A stretch of 64,000 bases of DNA from Dehalococcoidia bacterium (GTDB taxonomy: Bacteria; Chloroflexota; Dehalococcoidia; Lucifugimonadales; Lucifugimonadaceae), in contig PBVQ01000018.1 in assembly GCA_002728715.1 (NCBI GenBank), positions 10,015 to 74,014 of the forward strand. Direction: 5' to 3'. Below the pieces are notes generated by a model that worked only from the letters and a program-made list of their open reading frames with translations, did not search any database and had not been told where the DNA came from. Both the position numbers and the translations under genes were made by a program. Position 1 is the stretch's first letter. Every line of letters starts with the position of its first letter. Shown in pieces: positions 9,963 to 20,302 of the stretch.

Positions 9963-10025
9963 AGACAAGTTTGCTGGGAAAGAATACATTCATCTCACGT
10001 ATAAAAATATATTTTGGAGAAAATT

Positions 10026-12656
10026 ATGGTCAATAATGACCTTGGAAACATAGAACCAATAGAAATACAAAAAGAAATGAGCTCGTCTTATCTTGATTAT
10101 GCTATGAGTGTAATCGTATCCAGGGCATTGCCGGATGTAAGAGATGGCTTGAAGCCTGTTCAAAGAAGAATTTTATATGCTATGTATGATCAGGGTATGA
10201 GGCCGAATTCCTCTTATAAGAAAAGTGCAAGGCTTGTTGGTGAAGTTTTAGGAAAATATCATCCACATGGGGATAGTGCAGTATATGAAGCTCAGGTAAG
10301 AATGGCTCAGCCCTTTTCATTTAGGTACCCTTTGGTTGATGGTCAAGGTAATTTTGGTTCTATTGATGGGGATAGCGCTGCAGCAATGAGATATACGGAA
10401 TGTAAGCTTTCTCCTATTACTGAAATGATATTAACTGATATAGATAGAGAAACAGTTGATTGGAGTGATAATTTTGACCAATCCCTTAAGGAGCCAAAAG
10501 TACTTCCTTCAAGATTGCCAGTTTTACTTGTAAATGGTGCCTCAGGAATAGCTGTAGGAATGGCAACAAATATACCTCCACATAATTTATCAGAAGTATG
10601 TGATGGGATAATTCAATTAATAAAGGACCCTGATTCAACAGTAGATCGACTGATGCGTCATATTAAGGGGCCTGATTTTCCTACAGGGGCTCATATATGG
10701 GGGCAAGAAGGTATTCGCAATGCTTATAATACTGGTAGAGGTCGAGTAATAGTACAGGCCACTCATAAAGTTGAAGATGTTCCAAGGCAGGAGCGTAAAA
10801 GAATCGTTTTCACCGAAATACCATTTCAAATGAACAAGTCTGTTTTAGTTACAAAAATTGCAGATTTGATAAAGACTAGAAAAATTGAGGGTATAAGTGA
10901 AATTAGAGATGAATCTGACAGAAAAGGTATGAGAATAGTACTCGAATTACGTCGTTCTGCTCATGTACCTGTTGTACTTAATAATTTATACAAATTAACT
11001 CCATTGAGAACTTCCTTCTCATTCAATATGATAGCTTTGGTTGATGGTACTCCAAAAGTATTAAATTTGAAGCAATCCCTTAATTATTATATTGAATTTA
11101 GGGTGGATGTAGTTAGAAGGCGTGCTGAATTTGATTTGAAAAAAAATAAAGCTAGACTGCATGTTTTAGAAGGTTTGAGAATAGCGATTGATAATCTTGA
11201 TAAAGCTATTGAATTGATTAGAGCTTCGGTAGATGTTGAAACTGCAAGAGAAGCATTGATGAAGGAATTTAGTCTGTCTGAGATTCAAGCCCAAGCTATA
11301 TTAGACATGCAATTGAGACGTTTAGCTGCTCTTGAGAGAGAAAAAATTGAAAACGAGTATAATGAACTTCTTGAGCAAATAAAGCAATTAGAGGAGTTGC
11401 TCTCAGATAACCAAAAAGTACTTTTAGAAGTTTCTAATGAAACTAAGGCTTTGAAAAATAAATATGGAGATGAAAGACGAACTGTTATTCATGAGGAGGA
11501 ATTGGGTGAATGGAAAAGAGAGGATACTGAGCCTAGGCTGGATGTTATAGTTACTCTTAGTAAAAATGGTTATGTAAAGAGAGTTCCTATGGATACATAT
11601 AAAAAACAAAATAGAGGTGGAAAGGGAGTTAAAGGTCAGCGAATGACTAAAGATGACGATATAGCTCACCATCTTCTATCAGGTAATACGCATGACTACA
11701 TACTTTTTTTTACTGATAAGGGTAAGGTTTTTGCTACAAGGGTTTTTGAATTATCTCCCGATCAATCCAGAAATTCAAGAGGAACTCCTGTTCAAAATTT
11801 AGGTTTTAATATGGAACCAAATGAGCAAGTTCAAGCAGTTGAAATTGTTTCAAGTTACTTAGAAGACACATATTTATTTATGACTACTAAAAAAGGTCAA
11901 GTAAAGCGAATGCATTTACCCCTGCTAAGAAATATGAATAGAAGTGGGCTAAAGTGTTTTAATCTTAAGTCTGACGATGCTTTGGTCTCAGCAAGACTAG
12001 TAAGTAATAATCAGGATGTTATTATTGTTACAAGGAATGGCCTTTCAATAAGATTTCCTTCTTCTTCTATTACACCTCGTCAAAGAGCTGCTGGAGGTAT
12101 GAGGGGTATTAGGCTAAATCCCAAAGATCAGGTTGTCGCACTTACTGTGGTAAACGAAGAAGATGGATTTTTATTTACGGTTTCTCAACAAGGGAGAGGT
12201 AAGTTTACTTCTTTGCAAGATTACAGGCAACAACAAAAGGGTGGTAAGGGTCTTATTACGCAAAAAGTAACAGAAGGAGCTAAAGGAACTGGTAAAATTG
12301 TTGATGCAACTGTAATTAGCAAAGAGCTTCGTAATGAAGGTTATATAGATAAAAGAAAAAAATATTCTGATGAAGAAATTAAGGAAATCAAAGACTCTTC
12401 TACTGGAAGATTAGCTTGTGTAACTGAGAAAGCACAGGTTCTTAGAGTTCCCACTGGTCAAATACGAGAAACTGGTAGAAATGCTCAAGGGGTAAACGTT
12501 GTTAGGCCTAACGCTGGAGACAGGGTTTCTGCCATAACTATGCTTCCTGAAGGTCCAAGAACGGCTGCTGAAAAAGTTGATTTAAGTTCTATAGATAACG
12601 AAATAAATAATTCCAGCGAAGATATTTTAGAGATTAAACCTACTAGTGAGGAATAA
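10026..12656 (+). CDS. gyrA: DNA gyrase subunit A
   Basis: [48 protein letters not shown] (catalytic Tyr region) and repeated beta-pinwheel CTD blades. GGAGAA RBS precedes the ATG at 10026; the track TTG at 10014 is less likely. Confidence 0.95.
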   Translation: MVNNDLGNIEPIEIQKEMSSSYLDYAMSVIVSRALPDVRDGLKPVQRRILYAMYDQGMRPNSSYKKSARLVGEVLGKYHPHGDSAVYEAQVRMAQPFSFRYPLVDGQGNFGSIDGDSAAAMRYTECKLSPITEMILTDIDRETVDWSDNFDQSLKEPKVLPSRLPVLLVNGASGIAVGMATNIPPHNLSEVCDGIIQLIKDPDSTVDRLMRHIKGPDFPTGAHIWGQEGIRNAYNTGRGRVIVQATHKVEDVPRQERKRIVFTEIPFQMNKSVLVTKIADLIKTRKIEGISEIRDESDRKGMRIVLELRRSAHVPVVLNNLYKLTPLRTSFSFNMIALVDGTPKVLNLKQSLNYYIEFRVDVVRRRAEFDLKKNKARLHVLEGLRIAIDNLDKAIELIRASVDVETAREALMKEFSLSEIQAQAILDMQLRRLAALEREKIENEYNELLEQIKQLEELLSDNQKVLLEVSNETKALKNKYGDERRTVIHEEELGEWKREDTEPRLDVIVTLSKNGYVKRVPMDTYKKQNRGGKGVKGQRMTKDDDIAHHLLSGNTHDYILFFTDKGKVFATRVFELSPDQSRNSRGTPVQNLGFNMEPNEQVQAVEIVSSYLEDTYLFMTTKKGQVKRMHLPLLRNMNRSGLKCFNLKSDDALVSARLVSNNQDVIIVTRNGLSIRFPSSSITPRQRAAGGMRGIRLNPKDQVVALTVVNEEDGFLFTVSQQGRGKFTSLQDYRQQQKGGKGLITQKVTEGAKGTGKIVDATVISKELRNEGYIDKRKKYSDEEIKEIKDSSTGRLACVTEKAQVLRVPTGQIRETGRNAQGVNVVRPNAGDRVSAITMLPEGPRTAAEKVDLSSIDNEINNSSEDILEIKPTSEE

Positions 12657-12674
12657 TTATTTTTTTATTGAATA

Positions 12675-14879
12675 ATGTTTGAAACTTTTGGTAAAAAAAT
12701 AATCCAACTAAGGCTTTATATTGTAATTGTCTGGTTGTTTATGGTTTTTATTTCCTTGCCATTTGCACCTCAGGCGCAAAAATATCTTAAACCTGGAGGT
12801 TTTTCCAATGAAAATTTCCCATCGGTTGAAGCTAGAAAATTGATGCAAGAAAAAATGGAAGTTTCTACTATTGCATTTGATTTAGTGTTTTCACATAAAG
12901 ATTGGTCACCTTTTGATCCAAGATTTACTGAGAGTATTCAAGGTGCATTGCTACCACTAAATCAATACAGTGAAGTATCTTCTATTGTTACCCATTTGGA
13001 TGATCCTAATAGAGCCTCAAACATGAGTAATACAGTTCACGCAACAGTTGGTTTGAGTATTGAATTAGAAGAATCACTCGACTTTCTAAAGATGGTCGAA
13101 AAAGAGATTAATCCAGGTGCTTTAGAAATGATTATCACTGGTGGACCAGCACTTTATCGGGATATATCTTTGGCTAGCGAAAAAGACTTAAGAAAAGGAG
13201 AACTATTTGCATTTCCTCTAGCAACAGTAACATTGTTGATAGTTTTTGGAACTATAATTGCTGCTTTTCTACCGGCTGCCGTGGGAGGTGGGGGTGTCAT
13301 TTTAGGGCTTGCATTAGTCTACCTAATTTCTCAAAGCATAGATATGTCTGTTTTTGCTTTGAATATTGTTACTCTTTTGGGTATAGGTTTGGGTATAGAT
13401 TATTCTTTGTTTTACACATCTAGATTTAAAGAAGAACTAAATTACTCAAAAGATGTAACCCAAGCAATTATTAATACACATAAAAGAGCTGGACCTGCTA
13501 TATTTTTTTCTGCATGTACTAGTCTTGTAGGCTTAGTGAGCTTAATTACATTCGATATAATGATGCTTAGGTCAGTTGGAATGGGTGCTGTGATTGTAAT
13601 ATTTTGTGCATTATTTGCATCATTAACTTTGATGCCTGTAATGTTATCATTCATTGGGCCTAGAATTAATTATTTTAGAATACTACCTAAAAGAAAAAGT
13701 AAATTTGAATTTTGGCTACCATTTTCAAAATGGGTAATGTCTAAGCCATGGTTAATTTTATTGCCAACAACAACAATATTAATTATACTAGCAACCCCTG
13801 TTCTAAATATGAGATTAGGAACTGTAGATGCAACAATATTACCTCAATCTATTGAAAGTCGACAAGGTTTTGATATCTTATATGAAGAATTTGATTTTGG
13901 GAAAAAAACTATTATTCCGGTGATATATACTTTTGAAGGTAAAACATTTTTACCAGAAAATTTAGAATATGCATATAATATTGGTAAAAATTTAGAAAAT
14001 ATTGAGGGGGTTACTAGGGTTAAAAGTATAGTGAATATTGATGAAACTTTTACTTTTGAACAATATTTGCTAATGTATGAAAATCCAAATTCTTTAACAG
14101 ATTTTGAGGTACGAAATATTGTTGAAAACTTTGCTAGAGATGGAGCTATTTTATTTTTATTAGAAAGTGATTTTCATCCTTTTGGTCCGGAGACAAGAAA
14201 TTTAGTTACAGAAATTAGATCTTATAAATTAGATAAAGGTGAAATGCTTGTTGATGGTGGACCAGGTGAAACGACCGATATAGTTAATAGTTTATACAAA
14301 AAATTTCCTATAGTTGTTTTGGTTGTAGTGATTGTGACTTATATTTCATTGATGATTTTGTTTAGATCTATAATTCTGCCATTAAAAGCCGTAATCTTAA
14401 ATATATTATCTATTTTTGCAAGTTATGGAGCTTTAGTATTTATTTTCCAAGATGGAAATTTTAGTGGTTTACTAAATTTTCAACCAATGGGAGTGATTGA
14501 TTCAACTTTACCTATTTTACTTTTTGCAGTAATTTTTGGACTAAGTATGGACTATGAAATTTTCTTATTATCAAGAGTTTCTGAGGCATATAAAAAAACA
14601 AATAATAATGAATTAAGTGTCTCTATAGGACTACAAAAAAGTGGGTCAATAATTACTGGTGCTGCTGCAATTTTGATTGTAGTCGCTTCAAGTTTTATTA
14701 TTGCTGATGTTGTGGTTGTTAAGGCAATAGGATTGGGATTAGCTATTGCAGTATTCGTAGATGTCACACTAGTTAGGGCATTAATTGCTCCATCTTTAAT
14801 GAGAATTGCTGGCCCATTAAATTGGTGGCTACCATCTTGGTTAGATAAAATTTTACCAAATATTTCACATGAAAATTAA
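12675..14879 (+). CDS. MMPL / RND-superfamily membrane transporter
   Basis: Two six-TM bundles, each followed by a soluble loop. Repeated GLGIDYSLFYTSRF and GLSMDYEIFLLSRV motifs are typical of the MMPL family. Confidence 0.85.
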   Translation: MFETFGKKIIQLRLYIVIVWLFMVFISLPFAPQAQKYLKPGGFSNENFPSVEARKLMQEKMEVSTIAFDLVFSHKDWSPFDPRFTESIQGALLPLNQYSEVSSIVTHLDDPNRASNMSNTVHATVGLSIELEESLDFLKMVEKEINPGALEMIITGGPALYRDISLASEKDLRKGELFAFPLATVTLLIVFGTIIAAFLPAAVGGGGVILGLALVYLISQSIDMSVFALNIVTLLGIGLGIDYSLFYTSRFKEELNYSKDVTQAIINTHKRAGPAIFFSACTSLVGLVSLITFDIMMLRSVGMGAVIVIFCALFASLTLMPVMLSFIGPRINYFRILPKRKSKFEFWLPFSKWVMSKPWLILLPTTTILIILATPVLNMRLGTVDATILPQSIESRQGFDILYEEFDFGKKTIIPVIYTFEGKTFLPENLEYAYNIGKNLENIEGVTRVKSIVNIDETFTFEQYLLMYENPNSLTDFEVRNIVENFARDGAILFLLESDFHPFGPETRNLVTEIRSYKLDKGEMLVDGGPGETTDIVNSLYKKFPIVVLVVVIVTYISLMILFRSIILPLKAVILNILSIFASYGALVFIFQDGNFSGLLNFQPMGVIDSTLPILLFAVIFGLSMDYEIFLLSRVSEAYKKTNNNELSVSIGLQKSGSIITGAAAILIVVASSFIIADVVVVKAIGLGLAIAVFVDVTLVRALIAPSLMRIAGPLNWWLPSWLDKILPNISHEN

Positions 14880-15963
14880 AGTTTTTTACATACTGTTATT
14901 ATTTGTTATGTCTGCATGCTCAGGAGGGGGAAAAATAAATACAATAAAAAAAGATATATTACCTAACCCAACTCCAATTCCTTATTATTTAGACTTAGAC
15001 TTAGGTTCAGAAATTTCTATACATGAATTTGGTCATGATAATAGGTTGGAATGGTGGTATCATAACGGCCATTTGGAAGATGAAAATGGTGAAAAATGGG
15101 GTTTTCATTTTGTAATATTTAAATCTCAGAATAGCGATAAAGATAACTACGTAGCTCAGATGAGTATAACAGATATAAAGACAGGTGAAGTTTTTCAATT
15201 AGCAAGGGCTGATAAAGGCTTAAATAACATATATCTAAATAATTTAGGAACTATATTTATTTCAGATTGGAAATATACTATTGGGCCTGAACCTGGACAA
15301 TTTGAGATAAGTATATTTACAGATGATATAGATTTGAATTTATATTTTGATTCTTTTCAAGAGCCAATGCTACATAATAAAATTGGTTGGTTCGAGACGA
15401 GTCTAGGTTATAGTTATTATTATACTTGGCCTAGACAAAAAACTACTGGAACTATAAAAATAAAAAATAAAAAGTTATCAGTTAAGGGGGAATCTTGGTT
15501 TGATCACCAATGGGGTGATTTCTTTGTACCTGGAAAACCAGCTGGATGGCAGTGGTTTGGAATAATGCTTGATAATGGAGATAATATCATGATTTCTCAG
15601 TCAAGAGACACAAAAGGGAACGTTGAATTACTTTATGGTACATATCAAATGAAAAATGGTTCAGTGAGTCATATAAATGATGGCATAAAAATAGAAGTGG
15701 TAGACGATTGGTATAGTTCAAAAACAAATACAATTTATCCTTCAGGATGGAAAATAAATATTAAAAAAATGAATTTGAATTTTACTATTAAGCCAGATAT
15801 CCTAGATCAAGAGATATATGAAGGTCTTCCTCCAACTCAGACTTACTGGGAAGGAAAATCTACAGTTTTTGATAATAATTATAATGATATCGGGGATGCT
15901 TTTGTAGAATTATCAGGATATCGAGATCCTATCCAGATAGATTGGATTAAGAATTATGAGTAA
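14869..15963 (+). CDS. lipoprotein with AttH / hydroxyneurosporene-synthase (CrtC)-like lipocalin domain
   Basis: Lipobox LFVMSAC. EWWYHNGHL..WGFHFVIF and WFDHQWGDF motifs are typical of the CrtC/AttH family. Overlaps the MMPL stop by 11 nt. Confidence 0.6.
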   Translation: MKIKVFYILLLFVMSACSGGGKINTIKKDILPNPTPIPYYLDLDLGSEISIHEFGHDNRLEWWYHNGHLEDENGEKWGFHFVIFKSQNSDKDNYVAQMSITDIKTGEVFQLARADKGLNNIYLNNLGTIFISDWKYTIGPEPGQFEISIFTDDIDLNLYFDSFQEPMLHNKIGWFETSLGYSYYYTWPRQKTTGTIKIKNKKLSVKGESWFDHQWGDFFVPGKPAGWQWFGIMLDNGDNIMISQSRDTKGNVELLYGTYQMKNGSVSHINDGIKIEVVDDWYSSKTNTIYPSGWKINIKKMNLNFTIKPDILDQEIYEGLPPTQTYWEGKSTVFDNNYNDIGDAFVELSGYRDPIQIDWIKNYE

Positions 15964-16462
15964 AAAAATAGAAAAAATTAATTTGTTTAGGGATGTTTGG
16001 TCTAAATTTCCTACTGGTGTATCAATAATTACAACATTAGATAAACATAAATCTTATCATGGTATGACTGCAGCATCAGTCACTTCAGTTTCTTTAGATC
16101 CATTATTAATTTTAGTTGTTGTTGGGAATGAGAGAAAATCTCATAATTTTATAAAATTATCAGGTGTTTTTGCCCTTAATTTTCTTACTAAGGATCAAAG
16201 AAATGTTGCAAATTATTTTTCCCATTCTCAGTCTAATTTTAATGATAGAGATTTAGATTTTGAGAAAAATACTTTTTCTACACTTGGAGGCATCCCTATA
16301 ATCAAAAAATCCTTAGCTAGTATGAAATGTGAGGTTTTCGATGATATTGGAGCTGGAGACCATACAATTTTTATAGGAAAAGTTCATGATATCATTTTTT
16401 CTGATAATGAACCTTTAGTTTGGTCAGATAGAAATTATGGCCAATTTATTCCATCACGGTAA
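15956..16462 (+). CDS. flavin reductase-like FMN-binding domain protein
   Basis: FPTGVSIITT..HGMTAASVTSVSLDPLLILV and GDHTIFIGKV resemble HpaC/RutF-type flavin reductases. Overlaps the upstream gene by 8 nt. Confidence 0.75.
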   Translation: MSKKIEKINLFRDVWSKFPTGVSIITTLDKHKSYHGMTAASVTSVSLDPLLILVVVGNERKSHNFIKLSGVFALNFLTKDQRNVANYFSHSQSNFNDRDLDFEKNTFSTLGGIPIIKKSLASMKCEVFDDIGAGDHTIFIGKVHDIIFSDNEPLVWSDRNYGQFIPSR

Positions 16463-16469
16463 ATAAATT

Positions 16470-17843
16470 ATGCGTATTGCGATTTTTTCTTTAGCACCCT
16501 TAAATGATAAAAGTATAATGGGTGGTTCTCAAAAAATTTTACATGAATTATCCGCTTCTTTAGGTGATTATGGACATGAGGTAAAAGTTTGGTGTAGTGC
16601 TAGTGAAAACAATCAGCAAAAGTTTACTATAGGTGATTCAGAAGTATATCCTAATTTATTATTTAGAGGGAAATTTCCGTCTCCTTATCAAGTTTCACCA
16701 ATAAATTTAATAAAAACTTTTAAGGTGATTAGAGAGGGTAGTGATTGGGCAGATAAAATATATTTACACGCTGATGGTATTTACCTAAGAGATTCTTTTT
16801 CTGACAAAAAAATTATTCGTTCATTTCATGACTTTATATATGATGAGTCAATAATTTCTGCTCTATCTCTTAATGCTCAATCTACAATTGTGCCAAGTGA
16901 TTACTTGAAAAATTGTATTGAAGCTACGTTAGTATTATCAAAGAAAAACATAATAGAGCCAATTTTTACAGTACCCAATGGTATTAGTTTTGATGAAAAA
17001 TTAAGTTCGATGATAAATAAGAATAAAAATTTACGCGAGGTTAATTTATTATTCCCTCATAGGCCTCAAATTACAAAAGGCATTATTGAGGCTATAAAAA
17101 TAGCTGTTAAGTTACAAAGCAAAATTCCAAAAAATAAAGTGAATCTTATGATGCCGTATTTTTGTGAAGGGGTAAATAATGATGACACTTCACTATCATT
17201 TGACCAAATACTCAATATAGCTAAAAATCAAAAAGCAGAAAATATCATAAAATTGCATGAATGGGTCCCTTATCAAAATATGAAAAGATTTTATTCTTTG
17301 GCTAATATTACAATCTGTCCAGGTAATTTTATAGAATCATTTGGTTTAGTTCCATTGGAATCAGTAGTTAATAACACACCAGCAATTTGCTCTTCAGTTG
17401 GAGGTTTTAGAAATTATACTGATATTCCTGCCATAAAACTTTTTCCTTATGGAGACATAGATAGTGCAGTTGATAATATTTTAGATTGCTTAGAAATTCC
17501 TTCAGACGATATTATCATATCCAAAGAAGTAATTTCAGATAAGTATTCCTATAAAAATATGATATCTGGATATGAAAAAATTATTACTAGTGATAGTGTA
17601 ATGCGACAAAAAATTACTATTAGGAACAATTATAATTTGAGATTGGCTCCATGGTGCTATATAGAAAATGATTATATATATAATGACTATAAATCTGAAA
17701 AGTTATTCCTCAAGAATATTGGTTCAGTAATTAGTAATAATAAAACTTTAGATGCGAAGAGCAAAGAATTAGACTCTGATATTATAAAAAAATCAATCGA
17801 TTTAGGATATTTTATAGAAGATTATAAGATTGAGAATATATAA
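16470..17843 (+). CDS. glycosyltransferase, GT4-like (GT-B fold)
   Basis: N-terminal IMGGSQKILHELS. The ESFGLVPLESVVNNTPAICSSVGGF block corresponds to the E-x7-E motif of retaining GT4 enzymes. Confidence 0.7.
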   Translation: MRIAIFSLAPLNDKSIMGGSQKILHELSASLGDYGHEVKVWCSASENNQQKFTIGDSEVYPNLLFRGKFPSPYQVSPINLIKTFKVIREGSDWADKIYLHADGIYLRDSFSDKKIIRSFHDFIYDESIISALSLNAQSTIVPSDYLKNCIEATLVLSKKNIIEPIFTVPNGISFDEKLSSMINKNKNLREVNLLFPHRPQITKGIIEAIKIAVKLQSKIPKNKVNLMMPYFCEGVNNDDTSLSFDQILNIAKNQKAENIIKLHEWVPYQNMKRFYSLANITICPGNFIESFGLVPLESVVNNTPAICSSVGGFRNYTDIPAIKLFPYGDIDSAVDNILDCLEIPSDDIIISKEVISDKYSYKNMISGYEKIITSDSVMRQKITIRNNYNLRLAPWCYIENDYIYNDYKSEKLFLKNIGSVISNNKTLDAKSKELDSDIIKKSIDLGYFIEDYKIENI

Positions 17844-17877
17844 TCTAATTTTTTCTATTATAAATGTTCAAATACAA

Positions 17878-17906
17878 TTGACCTTAGGGTTCTATTTTAA
17901 TAAAAT
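17878..17906 (+). promoter_or_regulatory. candidate sigma70-type promoter of the rplU-rpmA-rpmE operon
   Basis: TTGACC (17878-17883), 17-nt spacer, TAAAAT (17901-17906), about 30 nt upstream of the rplU ATG. AT-rich context makes chance matches common. Confidence 0.4.
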
Positions 17907-17935
17907 AGTAATTTAGTTTATTAGGAAAAAATTAA

Positions 17936-18259
17936 ATGTCGCAAGATTATGCAGTTATAAAAACTGGTGGAAAACAATATAGAGTTCGTGAAGGCGATCA
18001 AATAGATATTGAAAAAATTAATGCTGATATAGGTTCAGATGTTATATTTGAAAATGTATTATTGTCCTCCATTAATGGAACTATTGAGATTGGTAAACCT
18101 TTAGTTGAAGGTAAAAAAGTTATAGCCGAGATAGCCGAACAAAAAAAATCCGACAAAGTTCTTTCATTAAGATATAAAAATAAAACTCGTCAGCGAGTGT
18201 TGCGTGGACATCGCCAAAATTTGACTTCAGTTATCATTAAAAATATTTCAACTAAGTAA
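17936..18259 (+). CDS. rplU: 50S ribosomal protein L21
   Basis: YAVIKTGGKQYRVREGD and KKSDKVLSLRYKNKTRQRVLRGHRQ match L21. Confidence 0.95.
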   Translation: MSQDYAVIKTGGKQYRVREGDQIDIEKINADIGSDVIFENVLLSSINGTIEIGKPLVEGKKVIAEIAEQKKSDKVLSLRYKNKTRQRVLRGHRQNLTSVIIKNISTK

Positions 18260-18274
18260 AAGAAAGAGGATATT

Positions 18275-18535
18275 ATGGCACATAAAAAAGGTGGAGGTAC
18301 ATCTAGAAATGGTAGAGATAGTGCTGGTAAGAGGCTAGGTGTAAAGATTTTTGCTGGCTCTGATGTAACTCCTGGTTCAATTATAGTCCGGCAGAGAGGA
18401 ACGAAGTTCACTCCAGGGCTAAATGTTGGAATAGGTAGAGATCATACATTATATTCATTAGTTGATGGTTATGTTAGATTTGATTTTTCTTCAAAAAATA
18501 AAAGAAGAGTAAATGTTGACCCAATAAAAAGGTAG
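18275..18535 (+). CDS. rpmA: 50S ribosomal protein L27
   Basis: [34 protein letters not shown] is the canonical L27 sequence. Confidence 0.95.
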   Translation: MAHKKGGGTSRNGRDSAGKRLGVKIFAGSDVTPGSIIVRQRGTKFTPGLNVGIGRDHTLYSLVDGYVRFDFSSKNKRRVNVDPIKR

Positions 18536-18540
18536 TACAT

Positions 18541-18753
18541 ATGAAAAAAGAATTACATCCAAAATATAATGATCAAGCAAGAATAGAATGTGCTTGTGGA
18601 AATTCAACATGGGTTGTGGGTTCAACAAAAGACAACTTGAGTGTCGAAATATGCAGTAGTTGTCATCCTTTTTGGTCTGGAGAACAGAAGATAGTTGATA
18701 CTGAGGGTAGGGTTGAAAGAATGAAGAGAAGATACAACTTAAGTAATTCTTAG
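18541..18753 (+). CDS. rpmE: 50S ribosomal protein L31 (Cys-containing zinc type)
   Basis: [41 protein letters not shown]. Confidence 0.95.
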   Translation: MKKELHPKYNDQARIECACGNSTWVVGSTKDNLSVEICSSCHPFWSGEQKIVDTEGRVERMKRRYNLSNS

Positions 18754-18754
18754 T

Positions 18755-19663
18755 TTGAGTAATAATAATTTCCTATATGGTGGTCAAGCTGTAATTGAAG
18801 GTGTCATGATACGTGGTATTAAGAGGGCAACCTTAGCGGTCAGAAAACCTAATGGTGATATTGTTAAGAGGTCTATACCTTTAGAATCATGGGCTAACTC
18901 AAAATTAAGAAATCTTTTTCTAATTAGAGGAGTTTTGGTGCTATTTGAAACTTTGATAATTGGTACAAAAGCGTTAACTTATTCTGCAAGCGAAGCAGCT
19001 GAAGAAGAAGATAGTTCTGAAATGTCAAAGTTTGCAATTATAATTATGATCTCTATTTCTTTAATTTTCGGGTTATCATTTTTCTTTCTTCTGCCTCTTT
19101 TTTTGTCGAGTTTAGCCGATTCTGTTTTTTCTAATCATTTTTTAGCTAATATAATTGAGGGAATAGTCAGGTTATTTTTGTTTATTGGTTATATATTTTT
19201 TATAGGTAGAATGAACGATATAAAAAGGGTTTTTGGTTATCATGGAGCTGAACATATGACTGTACACTGCATGGAATCTAAGAAAACATTAAGGTATGAT
19301 AATATAATTAATTTTTCTCCAGCACACCCACGCTGTGGAACATCTTTTTTATTGACCGTAGTATTTCTTTCAATTCTTATATTTATATTGATCCCAAGAG
19401 AACCAGCTTGGCTATTAATATCTTCAAGGATTTTCCTGATCCCTGTAATTACGTCTGTTTCTTATGAATTTATCCGATTTACAGGAAAATATGATAATTT
19501 TGGGACAAAAATTTTATCTTTACCAAATTTATTCTTACAAAAACTAACAACTAATTTTCCTGACAAAGAAATGATAGAAGTATCAATAGTAGCCATGGAG
19601 TATGCTATTGCAATAGATAATGACGAAGTTAACCCAGAAGATAATAAATTTGTCCCAGCATAA
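18755..19663 (+). CDS. DUF1385 family membrane protein
   Basis: YGGQAVIEGVMIRG N-terminus, GYHGAEHM and HPRCGTSF motifs with TM segments are typical of DUF1385. Confidence 0.8.
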   Translation: MSNNNFLYGGQAVIEGVMIRGIKRATLAVRKPNGDIVKRSIPLESWANSKLRNLFLIRGVLVLFETLIIGTKALTYSASEAAEEEDSSEMSKFAIIIMISISLIFGLSFFFLLPLFLSSLADSVFSNHFLANIIEGIVRLFLFIGYIFFIGRMNDIKRVFGYHGAEHMTVHCMESKKTLRYDNIINFSPAHPRCGTSFLLTVVFLSILIFILIPREPAWLLISSRIFLIPVITSVSYEFIRFTGKYDNFGTKILSLPNLFLQKLTTNFPDKEMIEVSIVAMEYAIAIDNDEVNPEDNKFVPA

Positions 19664-20278
19664 TTAATTTTTCATTCTTAGGCTTAATTGTTTCCATACA
19701 TCTTCATAGTCAATAGGAGATGCTTCAATTAGTACAAGCATATGATAAAAGAGGTCTGAAAATTCATTAATAATCTCTTCCTTATCATTGCTAACGCAAG
19801 CAATTGCTACTTCTCCAGCCTCCTCGACAACTTTTTGAGATATTCTTTTAATTCCAGAATTTAGTAATTTTGATGTGTATGAATTTTCATCATTCGAAAT
19901 TTTTCTACTAGAAATTATTTCGATTAATTGGTCAATAATTTCAGATTGATTATCTTTATCTAATTCAGAAAATATTGAATCTTTATATTCTGTATTATTT
20001 TCAAAACAGGAAGTATTTCCTGTATGGCATGTGGGCCCTTGTGGTAGTGCTGTAATTAATATCGAATCCAAGTCACAATCAATTTTAATTTTTTTTACTT
20101 TTAGGTAATTACCAGAAGTCTCACCTTTTTCCCAAAGTTTTTTTCTAGAGCGAGAATAGAACCAAACATTAGGTCCATTATAAGTTTTGGTTAGGGCTTC
20201 TTCATTCATGTATCCAAGCATTAATACTTTTTTTGTATCATCATGCTGAATAATTGCTGGTAAAAGTTTTTTAATCAT
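19664..20278 (-). CDS. hisI: bifunctional phosphoribosyl-AMP cyclohydrolase / phosphoribosyl-ATP pyrophosphatase
   Basis: FYSRSRKKLWEKGETSGN, DCDLDSILI and GPTCHTGNTSCF (HisI part), followed by a HisE-like helical C-terminal domain. Confidence 0.9.
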   Translation of the reverse strand: MIKKLLPAIIQHDDTKKVLMLGYMNEEALTKTYNGPNVWFYSRSRKKLWEKGETSGNYLKVKKIKIDCDLDSILITALPQGPTCHTGNTSCFENNTEYKDSIFSELDKDNQSEIIDQLIEIISSRKISNDENSYTSKLLNSGIKRISQKVVEEAGEVAIACVSNDKEEIINEFSDLFYHMLVLIEASPIDYEDVWKQLSLRMKN

Positions 20279-20302
20279 TTTTTTTCCTCTACTATATTAT
20301 AA

